This document shows, piece after piece, positions 1 to 7,454 of a stretch of 64,000 nucleotides of DNA. Position 1 is the first letter of the stretch. Each line of letters opens with the position of its first letter. This DNA comes from a bacterium HR10 (lineage in GTDB: Bacteria; Acidobacteriota; Blastocatellia; HR10). The stretch lies in NCBI GenBank assembly GCA_002923315.1, contig BEHM01000003.1, positions 34,029 through 98,028 on the forward strand, read 5' to 3'. The notes under the pieces were generated by a model, which worked only from the letters and a program-made list of their open reading frames with translations, had not been told where the DNA came from and made no database searches. A program made the position numbers and the translations under genes.

Positions 1-413
1 TCGCGATCGGCCACATCGCCCATCCGATGCATGAAGGCGACGCGCGCCACGGCATCTTCCGGACGCATGAAGCCCTGATCATATTCGGCCACCGGCAGCG
101 GGCGCTCCTCGGTCAACTCGCGAAAGCGACGCCACCACGCTTCGGGGAGACGAATCCCCTTGCCCTCGCAAGCGGGACAGGCCCCGCCTTCGTCTTCCAC
201 TCCGGCCAGAGTTCGATTGGCCTCGCGTCCCCGTTCGGTCAGGCGAATCTCCGCCCACCGATCGCCCGACCGTTCGATCCACCCCTCAGCGTGAAGACGT
301 TCGAGAGTCTCCCGCAGTTCGCGAATCGAATAGGGCCAGCGGCTCAGGATGTCCCACAAGCTCCGCTGACCGTCTCGTAGGATGGTGAGGAGAATACTCC
401 CAGGCTTCTCCAT
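1..413 (-). CDS. bpsA: Branched-chain polyamine synthase A (N4-bis(aminopropyl)spermidine synthase), 5' part; runs off the window edge
   Basis: Not in the ORF track. Manual translation from ATG 413: MEKPGSILL...IRLTERG...CPACEGKG...FRELTEERPLPVAEYDQGFMRPEDAVARVAFMHRMGDV. This matches the BpsA pattern (winged-helix N-terminus, CxxCxG, RPxPxxxFDQ, VARVAxMHxxGD). It lies directly downstream of speD with a 70-nt overlap; alternative TTG start at 359. Confidence 0.85.
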   Translation of the reverse strand, partial: MEKPGSILLTILRDGQRSLWDILSRWPYSIRELRETLERLHAEGWIERSGDRWAEIRLTERGREANRTLAGVEDEGGACPACEGKGIRLPEAWWRRFRELTEERPLPVAEYDQGFMRPEDAVARVAFMHRMGDVADR

Positions 414-754
414 GACACGCCCCGATCAATGATCTTTCGATCCACCTCCACCGGAGCCAACTCCTTGCAGATCGCCTCGAACGCGCGCAGGGCTTGCTCT
501 TCGGAGCTGCAGCTGAAGATGTCCAGCGCGATGTAGGCCTCTTCCGGCCACGTGTGCACGCTCACATGCGACTCCGCCAGGAGGACGAAACCGGTGACGC
601 CGAAGGGATGAAACTGGTGGAAGGAACTGGCGAGGATCTTGAAATCGTGATCGCGGAGAATCTTCAGCAGGAGTGGCTCCAGATGTTCGACGCGGCTGAG
701 GGTTTGACGATTGACACCATACAGCTCACCGAGGATGTGAATGCCGATGGCCAT
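344..754 (-). CDS. speD: S-adenosylmethionine decarboxylase proenzyme (short SpeD/SpeH type)
   Basis: HQFHPFGVTGFVLLAESHVSVHTWPE and DIFSC motifs; E-S self-cleavage site in LAESH. Confidence 0.95.
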   Translation of the reverse strand: MAIGIHILGELYGVNRQTLSRVEHLEPLLLKILRDHDFKILASSFHQFHPFGVTGFVLLAESHVSVHTWPEEAYIALDIFSCSSEEQALRAFEAICKELAPVEVDRKIIDRGVSWRSLGVFSSPSYETVSGACGTS

Positions 755-760
755 GTTCCT

Positions 761-781
761 TCACCCTCCTCGAATCGGAAT
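761..781 (-). other. Candidate AUU-initiated uORF (I/M-P-I-R-G-G-stop) in the speD leader, in frame with speD
   Basis: Minus strand reads AAGGAGGTGATCACG ATT CCG ATT CGA GGA GGG TGA AGG AAC ATG(speD); AAGGAGG sits 8 nt before the ATT. Confidence 0.4.
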
Positions 782-784
782 CGT

Positions 785-866
785 GATCACCTCCTTCGTT
801 CAACCAACGAGAGGCGAACCCGAAACGTTCGGGTTCTCCTCCCTGCCGGCCACATGATTCGGCAAG
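785..866 (-). promoter_or_regulatory. Structured speD 5' UTR: three hairpins plus a 12-nt Shine-Dalgarno AAGGAGGTGATC (796-785)
   Basis: Stems CTTGCCG/CGGCAGG (866-842), GAACCCGAA/TTCGGGTTC (836-816) and TCGTT/AACGA (810-796). Confidence 0.6.
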
Positions 867-873
867 ACTGTTC

Positions 874-902
874 AATATAGCCACCGCAGGCAGGAAAATC
901 AA
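874..902 (-). promoter_or_regulatory. sigma70 promoter of speD-bpsA
   Basis: TTGATT-N17-TATATT. Confidence 0.7.
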
Positions 903-909
903 GGGCTTT

Positions 910-938
910 TTGCGGCGAGCGACTTTTTGTGGTATTCT
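910..938 (+). promoter_or_regulatory. sigma70 promoter of the FHA/kinase operon
   Basis: TTGCGG-N17-TATTCT with extended -10 TG; back-to-back with the speD promoter. Confidence 0.6.
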
Positions 939-975
939 GAGTCAAGATGCAATTCATGAGGAGGCGCGCGTCCGA

Positions 976-1560
976 ATGATCCACTGTCGCCGGTGCGGAA
1001 TGGAGAATCTGGAGGACGCGACCTATTGTGACGCCTGCGGGGCGAGCCTGGCGTCGGACGCCGAAGGCGGGCAGGCGACGCCTGCAGAAGAGGTGGCGGA
1101 TTCGCCGAAGCGGAGCTCTCGATCTCTCGGAGGCACGCCCGCGGAGAAGCCTGCGGCGGTCTCCCGGGCTGAAGGCACGGCACTTTCGGAGGCGCCGCCA
1201 GACCGCTCCCCTCCGGATCGTCGGCCACGAGCGAAGTTGGTGCTTGTGCGCGGCGGTCGTGTCGGCCGGGAATTCCCCATCTGGGAGTCGGAGGTGATGC
1301 TCGGACGGTGGGATGCCGAGCACGGGATCTTCCCCGAGATTGATCTGGATGAAGATGATCCCGAGGCCAAGGTCTCTCGCCGCCACGCGCGCATCTTCTA
1401 TCGGGAGGGGCAATTCTGGATCGAAGATCTGGGGAGCCTGAACGGGACGTTCGTCAATCGCGGGCCTCGGCTCCACCCGCATCAGCCCGTGCCGCTGCGG
1501 CACGGCGACGAGATCATCGTGGGGAAGACCTTCTTGCGATTTCTCATCGAGGGGCTATGA
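976..1560 (+). CDS. Zinc-ribbon + FHA domain protein
   Basis: CRRC..CDAC ribbon, low-complexity linker, FHA motifs GR..VSRRHARI..DLGSLNGTFVN; start moved to ATG 976 after GAGGAGG. Confidence 0.9.
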   Translation: MIHCRRCGMENLEDATYCDACGASLASDAEGGQATPAEEVADSPKRSSRSLGGTPAEKPAAVSRAEGTALSEAPPDRSPPDRRPRAKLVLVRGGRVGREFPIWESEVMLGRWDAEHGIFPEIDLDEDDPEAKVSRRHARIFYREGQFWIEDLGSLNGTFVNRGPRLHPHQPVPLRHGDEIIVGKTFLRFLIEGL

Positions 1561-3065
1561 AGTTCTGCGCGCGGTGCGGATCGCCCGTTCACCCAGAGGA
1601 TCTCTTTTGCGGCGAATGTGGGGCGCGCCAGGTCTTCTCCGGATCATTCGTGAGGGGCGAGAGGCCGGGAGCCTTCGCCCCGCTCGCGGAGTTGCCTCCT
1701 GGCGCTGTCCTGCGCGAGCGCTATGAGATCGTGCGGCGGGTCGGGGGAGGGGGCATGGGGAATGTCTATCAAGCCCGTGACCGCCACCTGAATGGCGCCG
1801 TGCGCGCCGTCAAGGAGATGATCGAGATGTTCTCCGATCCCGCGCTTCGGGAGAAAGCCATCCTCGATTTCCAGCGCGAGGCGCGGCTGCTGGCCAGCCT
1901 CCGCCATCCCTCGATCCCGATCATCTACGACCATTTCGTCGAAGGGGGGCGGTACTATCTCGTCATGGAGTTCATCTCGGGGGGGGATCTGGCCACGCGG
2001 TTGCAGTTGGTCGGCGGGCGGTTCGATGAGCTGACCGTCACGCTATGGGCCATCCAGATCTGCGATGTGCTCGATTACCTGCACACGCGGCAGCCGCCGA
2101 TCATCTATCGGGACCTGAAGCCGGCCAACATCATGATTGATCCCGGGGCCAATCGCGTCGTGCTCATTGATTTCGGAATCGCGCGCGTCGTGGCCCCTCA
2201 GGAGAAGGGGGTGACGGCCGTCGGCACGATGGGATATGCGCCGCCAGAGTTGTTCTCCGGACAGGTCGAGCCGCGCTCGGACATTTATTCGCTGGGCGCT
2301 ACGATGTTTCATCTGCTGACGGGGGTGGACCCGCGCGATCAACCGCTGCTGATCTTCGACTTCACGCGGAATCCGACGCCGCGCCAGTATCATCCTGAGC
2401 TCACGCCGCAGATGGAGCGCCTCCTCATGCGCGCCGTCGCCTATGCGCCGGAGGATCGGTTCGCCTCGGCGCGCGAGATGAAGAGCGCGCTGGAAGAGCA
2501 TCTGGCTCTCCTGCGCGAGCAGTGCGGCGATCGTCTGGAGCACGCCTATCGCATGGCGTTCGGCGATCTCGTCCGCCGCGCGGGGTCGGAGGTCGCGCCT
2601 CGCTTGGACGTGGCCGTGGGAATGGTCTACTGCAGCTATTGTGGGGTGAGCATCGGAGCGGACGATCTCTATTGCGCATACTGCGGCGCGCGCCAACCGA
2701 TCGAAGTCGAGCCCATGCGGGCGAGCGCCTATCTGTTCGTCTTCGATCCGCGCTCGGGGGAGGTGCGGGCGACGCAACCCCTGCTCAAGGAGTCGAATCT
2801 CATCGGTCGCGCCGACCCGATCTCCGGCATCTTCCCGGATGTGGATTTGTCCCCATACGATCCGGGGGCGACGGTCTCGCGCCGGCATGCGCGCATCTGG
2901 CGGGCGGAAGGGCGATATTGGATCGAGGACCTGGCGAGCGTCAACGGGACGCTCGTCAACGGTCGTCGGTTGCTCCCGCCGCGAACCCCACAGGCGCTCC
3001 GCGATGGAGATCGTGTGCAGATCGGCGAGGTGTCCCTGCTTTTCCGGCATGAGGGCGAATGGTGA
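1557..3065 (+). CDS. Hanks-type Ser/Thr kinase: zinc ribbon - kinase - zinc ribbon - FHA
   Basis: GGGGMGNVY, AVKE, YRDLKPAN, DFG, GTMGYAPPE; CARC..CGEC and CSYC..CAYC; C-terminal FHA (GR..SRRHAR..SVNGT). Confidence 0.95.
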   Translation: MKFCARCGSPVHPEDLFCGECGARQVFSGSFVRGERPGAFAPLAELPPGAVLRERYEIVRRVGGGGMGNVYQARDRHLNGAVRAVKEMIEMFSDPALREKAILDFQREARLLASLRHPSIPIIYDHFVEGGRYYLVMEFISGGDLATRLQLVGGRFDELTVTLWAIQICDVLDYLHTRQPPIIYRDLKPANIMIDPGANRVVLIDFGIARVVAPQEKGVTAVGTMGYAPPELFSGQVEPRSDIYSLGATMFHLLTGVDPRDQPLLIFDFTRNPTPRQYHPELTPQMERLLMRAVAYAPEDRFASAREMKSALEEHLALLREQCGDRLEHAYRMAFGDLVRRAGSEVAPRLDVAVGMVYCSYCGVSIGADDLYCAYCGARQPIEVEPMRASAYLFVFDPRSGEVRATQPLLKESNLIGRADPISGIFPDVDLSPYDPGATVSRRHARIWRAEGRYWIEDLASVNGTLVNGRRLLPPRTPQALRDGDRVQIGEVSLLFRHEGEW

Positions 3066-3721
3066 CGAGTCATTGTCCGCGATGTCACATGCCGCAGCGT
3101 CCGGGAGCGAGGTTCTGCCGAGCCTGTGGCGCGCCGCTGGTGACGGCGGCGTACGCCGTCGAATCTCCCGCTGACTCAGCGAGTGGCGCTCTTGATCTTC
3201 GAGAGCGCGCGATCACGATGCCGTGGCAGGAGGCGGAGCCCCCTCCTCGCGTGAGCAGGCGCGTCCCGGCACCTCTGGTGGTCCGACTCGTGGCGTTCTT
3301 TCTCGACCTGATGGTGCTGCTGGCAGCGATGGGGGTGACCGTCATGGGGGCCGTCGCCCTTCGAGGGCGGCTCCTGCTGGCGGAGCTGGCGATGTGGAGT
3401 GCGCTCGCGGCGTGCTTGGTTTTGCTGGTGAACCACTTTATACTCTGCAGCGTGCGCGGGCAATCGGTGGGGATGGCGCTTGTGGGGATCCAGATCGTGC
3501 GCGCCGATGGTCGGCCCCTCTCGTGGGGACGTTCGCTCTTGCGGCATACACTCGGCTACGGGCTGGCGGCGCTCCCGCTCGGACTGGGATTCCTCTGGAT
3601 GCTCATGGATGGGCAGGGGCGAGGATGGCATGATTTGCTGAGTGGGACGCGGGTCGTCACGGAGGCCGATGATGGTGAAGCTCAAGGTGTACTCACCGGG
3701 TCGAGCGCCGACCGTCGTTGA
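3059..3721 (+). CDS. Zinc-ribbon + RDD family membrane protein
   Basis: CPRC..CRAC; RLVAFFLD, GQSVG, GRGWHDLLSGTRVV RDD motifs. Confidence 0.9.
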   Translation: MVTSHCPRCHMPQRPGARFCRACGAPLVTAAYAVESPADSASGALDLRERAITMPWQEAEPPPRVSRRVPAPLVVRLVAFFLDLMVLLAAMGVTVMGAVALRGRLLLAELAMWSALAACLVLLVNHFILCSVRGQSVGMALVGIQIVRADGRPLSWGRSLLRHTLGYGLAALPLGLGFLWMLMDGQGRGWHDLLSGTRVVTEADDGEAQGVLTGSSADRR

Positions 3722-5405
3722 GATCCGGAAGCGGCGGATCGTCATCGGGCGTTCGGTGCGCAGCGATCTCTGTGTGGACGATCCCTTCACCTCGCGCGTG
3801 CATGCGGAGCTGCGCGAGGAGGGGAAGACGTGGTGGGTGACGGACCTGGGGAGTGCCAACGGCACATATCTGAACGGCGTCCGCATTCGTGGGACGGTCG
3901 CGGTCGCTGTCGGCGATCGCCTTCAGGTGGGGGAGACGATACTGGAGCTCCTCCCTCATGCTGAGCCGATTTCTGTCGCAGAGGTCCCGATGGACGAACT
4001 GGGGACCGGCGACGTGATCGTCGCGCGCCCGGAGACGCTGACCTCGACATCATCCGCGGAGCGCCCGCCGCTGGCTCCTGAGATCGTCTCTCTGCTCGAT
4101 GCGGCGCGTTCGGTCACTGTGCCCGGGTCGCCGCCTGAGGTCGAGCGGAGCAAACGATTGCTGGCCGTGCTCACTCAGGTCGGCATCGCCTTGCTCTCCC
4201 CCCTCTCGCTCGATGAGGTGCTCCGGCAGATCGTCGGTTTGGTGCTGGAGGCGGTCCCCGCCGAGCGCGTGTTCCTCTTGCTGCGAGGCGCTCAGGGAGA
4301 ATGGTCGTGCAAGATCGCGGGCTATCGCGGACAGGAGCCGTCGGTGGTCGAGCAGGTCGTGCGCATCAGCCGCTCAGTCCTGGAGGAGGTCGTCGAGCGC
4401 GGACGCTCGGTGCTCACCTTCGATGCGCAGACGGACGAGCGCTTCCGTCAGCGCGATTCGATTCTGCTGAGCGGCATCCGTTCGATCATGGCTGTTCCCC
4501 TGCTGGGGAGTCGGCAGGAGACGCCGTCGCCGGTCGTGGGAATGATCTACGTGGACAATCCGATGAGTGCGGGCGCGTTCACTGAAGAAGACCTGCAGCT
4601 GCTCACGACCGTGGCATCGGTCGCGGCGATCAAGATCGAGAATGCGCTGCTGCTGGAGCAGCGCCTGGAGAACGAGCGGATCAAGCACCAATTGGCTCAA
4701 GCGCGCGATCTGCAATTTCAACTGCTGCCGGTCGCCCCGCCCGAGGTCGAGGGATACGATCTGGCGGGCATCAGCTTCCCCTGCTACGAAGTCGGTGGGG
4801 ACTACTTCGACTTCATTCGCGGGCCCGAAGGGACGTTGCTGCTCGCCCTGGGCGATGTGTGCGGCAAGGGGATGGATGCGGCGATGCTCATGTCGGCGCT
4901 GCATGCGAGCGTGCGCGCTCAGGCGCGCTCGGCGGCCTCAGTCGCCGAGATGATGGCGGCCGTCAATCGCTATCTCTGCGAGACGACGGCTCCGAATAAG
5001 TTCGCGACGCTCTGGCTCGCCCGATTGAATCCGCGCGCGCACGAGTTGAGCTACACCAACGCCGGACATAATCCGCCGTTGCTCATGCGCGCGGACGGGT
5101 CGGTGGAGTTTTTGGAGAGGGGGGGGATTCCCGTCGGTATCCTGGAGGAGGCGGTGTACGAGGAGCAGGGCCTCCGGTTGGAGCCGGGCGACGTGCTCGT
5201 CCTCTTCAGCGATGGGATCAGCGAGAGCATGAATGAGCGGGGGGAGGAATTCGGCGTCGCGCGCTTGGTGGAGGTCGTGCGGCGCTCTCGCGAGCAGCGC
5301 GCCGCCGCCCTGCGCGATCGTATCGAGGAGGCCCTCAGCCACTTCCTCGGGAAGGCCCGCCCGGCCGATGATATGACGCTGCTCATCGTGAAACGGACGG
5401 CGTGA
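3669..5405 (+). CDS. FHA-GAF-SpoIIE/PP2C Ser/Thr phosphatase
   Basis: FHA (GRS..SRVHAE..SANGT), GAF (RSIMAVPL..IYVDN), PP2C motifs VGGDYFD, DVCGKG, FSDG, DDMT. Confidence 0.92.
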   Translation: MMVKLKVYSPGRAPTVVEIRKRRIVIGRSVRSDLCVDDPFTSRVHAELREEGKTWWVTDLGSANGTYLNGVRIRGTVAVAVGDRLQVGETILELLPHAEPISVAEVPMDELGTGDVIVARPETLTSTSSAERPPLAPEIVSLLDAARSVTVPGSPPEVERSKRLLAVLTQVGIALLSPLSLDEVLRQIVGLVLEAVPAERVFLLLRGAQGEWSCKIAGYRGQEPSVVEQVVRISRSVLEEVVERGRSVLTFDAQTDERFRQRDSILLSGIRSIMAVPLLGSRQETPSPVVGMIYVDNPMSAGAFTEEDLQLLTTVASVAAIKIENALLLEQRLENERIKHQLAQARDLQFQLLPVAPPEVEGYDLAGISFPCYEVGGDYFDFIRGPEGTLLLALGDVCGKGMDAAMLMSALHASVRAQARSAASVAEMMAAVNRYLCETTAPNKFATLWLARLNPRAHELSYTNAGHNPPLLMRADGSVEFLERGGIPVGILEEAVYEEQGLRLEPGDVLVLFSDGISESMNERGEEFGVARLVEVVRRSREQRAAALRDRIEEALSHFLGKARPADDMTLLIVKRTA

Positions 5406-5406
5406 G

Positions 5407-6672
5407 ATGGAGACGCTCGCTCTGTCGCTCATCCCCTGTGTCCTGTGGCTCCTCTGGTTCTGGTTTCAGGACTGGTACGATCGGGAGCCGCTGCGCACGA
5501 TCCTGTGGACGTTCCTGCTCGGCGCGGTGGCGACGCTGCCGGCGATGGTCTTCAACACGGTGGGCACCCTGGTGCTCTCGGGGCTCTTCGGATCGAATCT
5601 CGCGAGCGAGTGGCTCATCCTCTTTCTCGTCGTTGGTCCGGTCGAAGAGGCGGTGAAGCTGTGGGCTGTCATGAGCTACGCCTACCGCCGACCGGAGTTC
5701 GACGAGCCGGTGGATGGCGTCATCTACGGGGCTGCGGCGGCGCTGGGGTTCGCGGCGGCCGAGAACGTGCTCTACGTGAGCCGATTCGGCAGTGAGATCT
5801 TCATCGTGCGGGGCATCCTCTCCAATCCCGGACATGCGTTGTTCGCGGCCTTTTGGGGACTGGCGCTCAGTCAGGCGAAGATGCTCCCCAATGTCGGAAG
5901 CGTGCGCGCGCGCACGATCGTTCGGGGATGGATGAGAGCGGCGCTGCTGCATGCGCTGTTCGATGTGTTGCTCTCGGCCGGACAGCATGGTGTGCTGCCG
6001 AACGCTCTGGCGATAGGGATCGTCGCGCTCCTCATGCTCGCCATTTTCGCGTACGTCGAGGTCCGGACCGTGCGGCATGTCGCGCGCTCACCGCATCGGC
6101 AGGGAACGATGCTGCTCACGGGCCTGGCGCCGTGTTCGAACTGCGGGCGCGTGGGGACGATCGGGCAGGCGTGCGCCGCGTGTGGCGCGCGGATTCCCGA
6201 GCGGGAGATGCGCGTCTGTCCCGCGTGTGGGAGAGAACAGCGTGCGGACGTGACCGTATGCCTCTCCTGCGGGGCGAGCCTGCTGCCCGTGACGTCACCC
6301 CCGCGCGTGCATCAACCGCATCTGGTGCAGGTGCTGCCGGACGGTCGCGAGCAGATCGCGTTCATCCTTGATCGCCCCGTGGTCACCGTGGGCAAGACCC
6401 TCGATAACCATTTCGTCATTGACGATCCGACCGTCTCCAAGCATCACGCGAAGTTCGTCCGGCATCCGAGCGGCGGTTTCGTCGTCGTGGATTTGGGGAG
6501 CACCAACGGCACGTACGTCAATGGGCAGCGCGTGCGGGAGAACTTGCTGCGGAACGGATTTGAGGTGCGCTTCGGACGCGCTCGCTTCATCTATCGGGCG
6601 GTGGAGAGGGCTGTCCCCATCACGGGAGGAGAATCTCCACCGTCGCGCCTCGACCCACGCCCAGCGACGTAG
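5407..6672 (+). CDS. PrsW-family intramembrane protease fused to a double zinc ribbon and FHA
   Basis: DREP, EEAVK, GFAAAEN, GHALF, HALFD PrsW motifs; CSNC/CAAC/CPAC/CLSC; FHA with GK..VSKHHA..STNGTYVNG. Confidence 0.9.
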   Translation: METLALSLIPCVLWLLWFWFQDWYDREPLRTILWTFLLGAVATLPAMVFNTVGTLVLSGLFGSNLASEWLILFLVVGPVEEAVKLWAVMSYAYRRPEFDEPVDGVIYGAAAALGFAAAENVLYVSRFGSEIFIVRGILSNPGHALFAAFWGLALSQAKMLPNVGSVRARTIVRGWMRAALLHALFDVLLSAGQHGVLPNALAIGIVALLMLAIFAYVEVRTVRHVARSPHRQGTMLLTGLAPCSNCGRVGTIGQACAACGARIPEREMRVCPACGREQRADVTVCLSCGASLLPVTSPPRVHQPHLVQVLPDGREQIAFILDRPVVTVGKTLDNHFVIDDPTVSKHHAKFVRHPSGGFVVVDLGSTNGTYVNGQRVRENLLRNGFEVRFGRARFIYRAVERAVPITGGESPPSRLDPRPAT

Positions 6673-7417
6673 CGGCTGATCCCTCCCGGATGGCGATCTC
6701 CACGCGGCCGGTGCTGCCCACCAGGGCGAAGAGTTCTCCCGGGGCTGCCTCCTGATAGTGCGTGCGCAGAGCAGACACCTCGTGACCGTTGATGAGGAGC
6801 CTCCCCCCCTGGCGCACGGCCTCCAGGGGGACATCGCGCGCTGTCACGTTGGTGATCAGATTGCCGAAGCGGTCCACGTGAATGACCTGACCGCGCCATC
6901 GCTTCTCACCAAGGCGTTCCACGCGAGGAATCGGTAGGCGCGTCAGGTCAGAGACTTCCGGCCCGAACTCCGATGGGGACACGCCGCGCGCGAGCCATGC
7001 CGCGACCGGGGCGAAGACATCCCGTCCGTGAAACGTCCGGCTCACCGGGTGGTGGAAGAAGCGTTCGACCGTAATCTGGATGGCGCGCTGCAGCGGCTCG
7101 TTCTCCAAGACGAGGGTGAAGAGCCCATTGTCCGGACCGATGAAGAAATATCGCGCGGTCTCCAGAAGCACAGCGCGTCGCTCGGAGCCGACGCCCGGAT
7201 CCACGACGGCCACGTGGATCGTGCCCTCGGGAAAGGTCGCGTAGCAGTCGGCCAGCGTCAGAGCCGCTGCGTAGATGTCCTGAGGGGGGATCAGGTGCGT
7301 GAGATCAACGATCACGGCCTCGCGATGGATGGAGAGAATGACTCCCTTCATCGCCCCGACGAAGAAATCGGCGAGGCCGAAGTCGGTCAGGAGCGTGATC
7401 ACGCCGCTGGGCCGCAC
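6620..7417 (-). CDS. SAM hydrolase / SAM-dependent halogenase family (DUF62)
   Basis: ITLLTDFG, VVDPGVGSER, GPDNG, SRTFHGRDVFAP, VDRFGNLITN; start moved to GTG 7417 (ATG 7426 also possible). Confidence 0.92.
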   Translation of the reverse strand: MRPSGVITLLTDFGLADFFVGAMKGVILSIHREAVIVDLTHLIPPQDIYAAALTLADCYATFPEGTIHVAVVDPGVGSERRAVLLETARYFFIGPDNGLFTLVLENEPLQRAIQITVERFFHHPVSRTFHGRDVFAPVAAWLARGVSPSEFGPEVSDLTRLPIPRVERLGEKRWRGQVIHVDRFGNLITNVTARDVPLEAVRQGGRLLINGHEVSALRTHYQEAAPGELFALVGSTGRVEIAIREGSAATSLGVGRGATVEILLP

Positions 7418-7454
7418 GTTGCACATTCTAGGCGGAGGCGGCACAATTTTCCAT
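7418..7454. promoter_or_regulatory. Overlapping divergent leaderless promoters
   Basis: Minus-strand TAGAAT (7430-7425) 7 nt before GTG 7417; plus-strand CACAAT (7442-7447) 7 nt before ATG 7455; no SD at normal spacing for either start. Confidence 0.55.

Noticed and set aside
785-796. GATCACCTCCTT on the plus strand, identical to the 16S rRNA 3' end
   Set aside because: No rRNA sequence around it; it is the reverse complement of an SD on the speD strand.
6620-7417. Fluorinase or chlorinase activity
   Set aside because: The SRTFHGRD motif and housekeeping context fit the common SAM hydroxide adenosyltransferase; no halometabolite cluster nearby.
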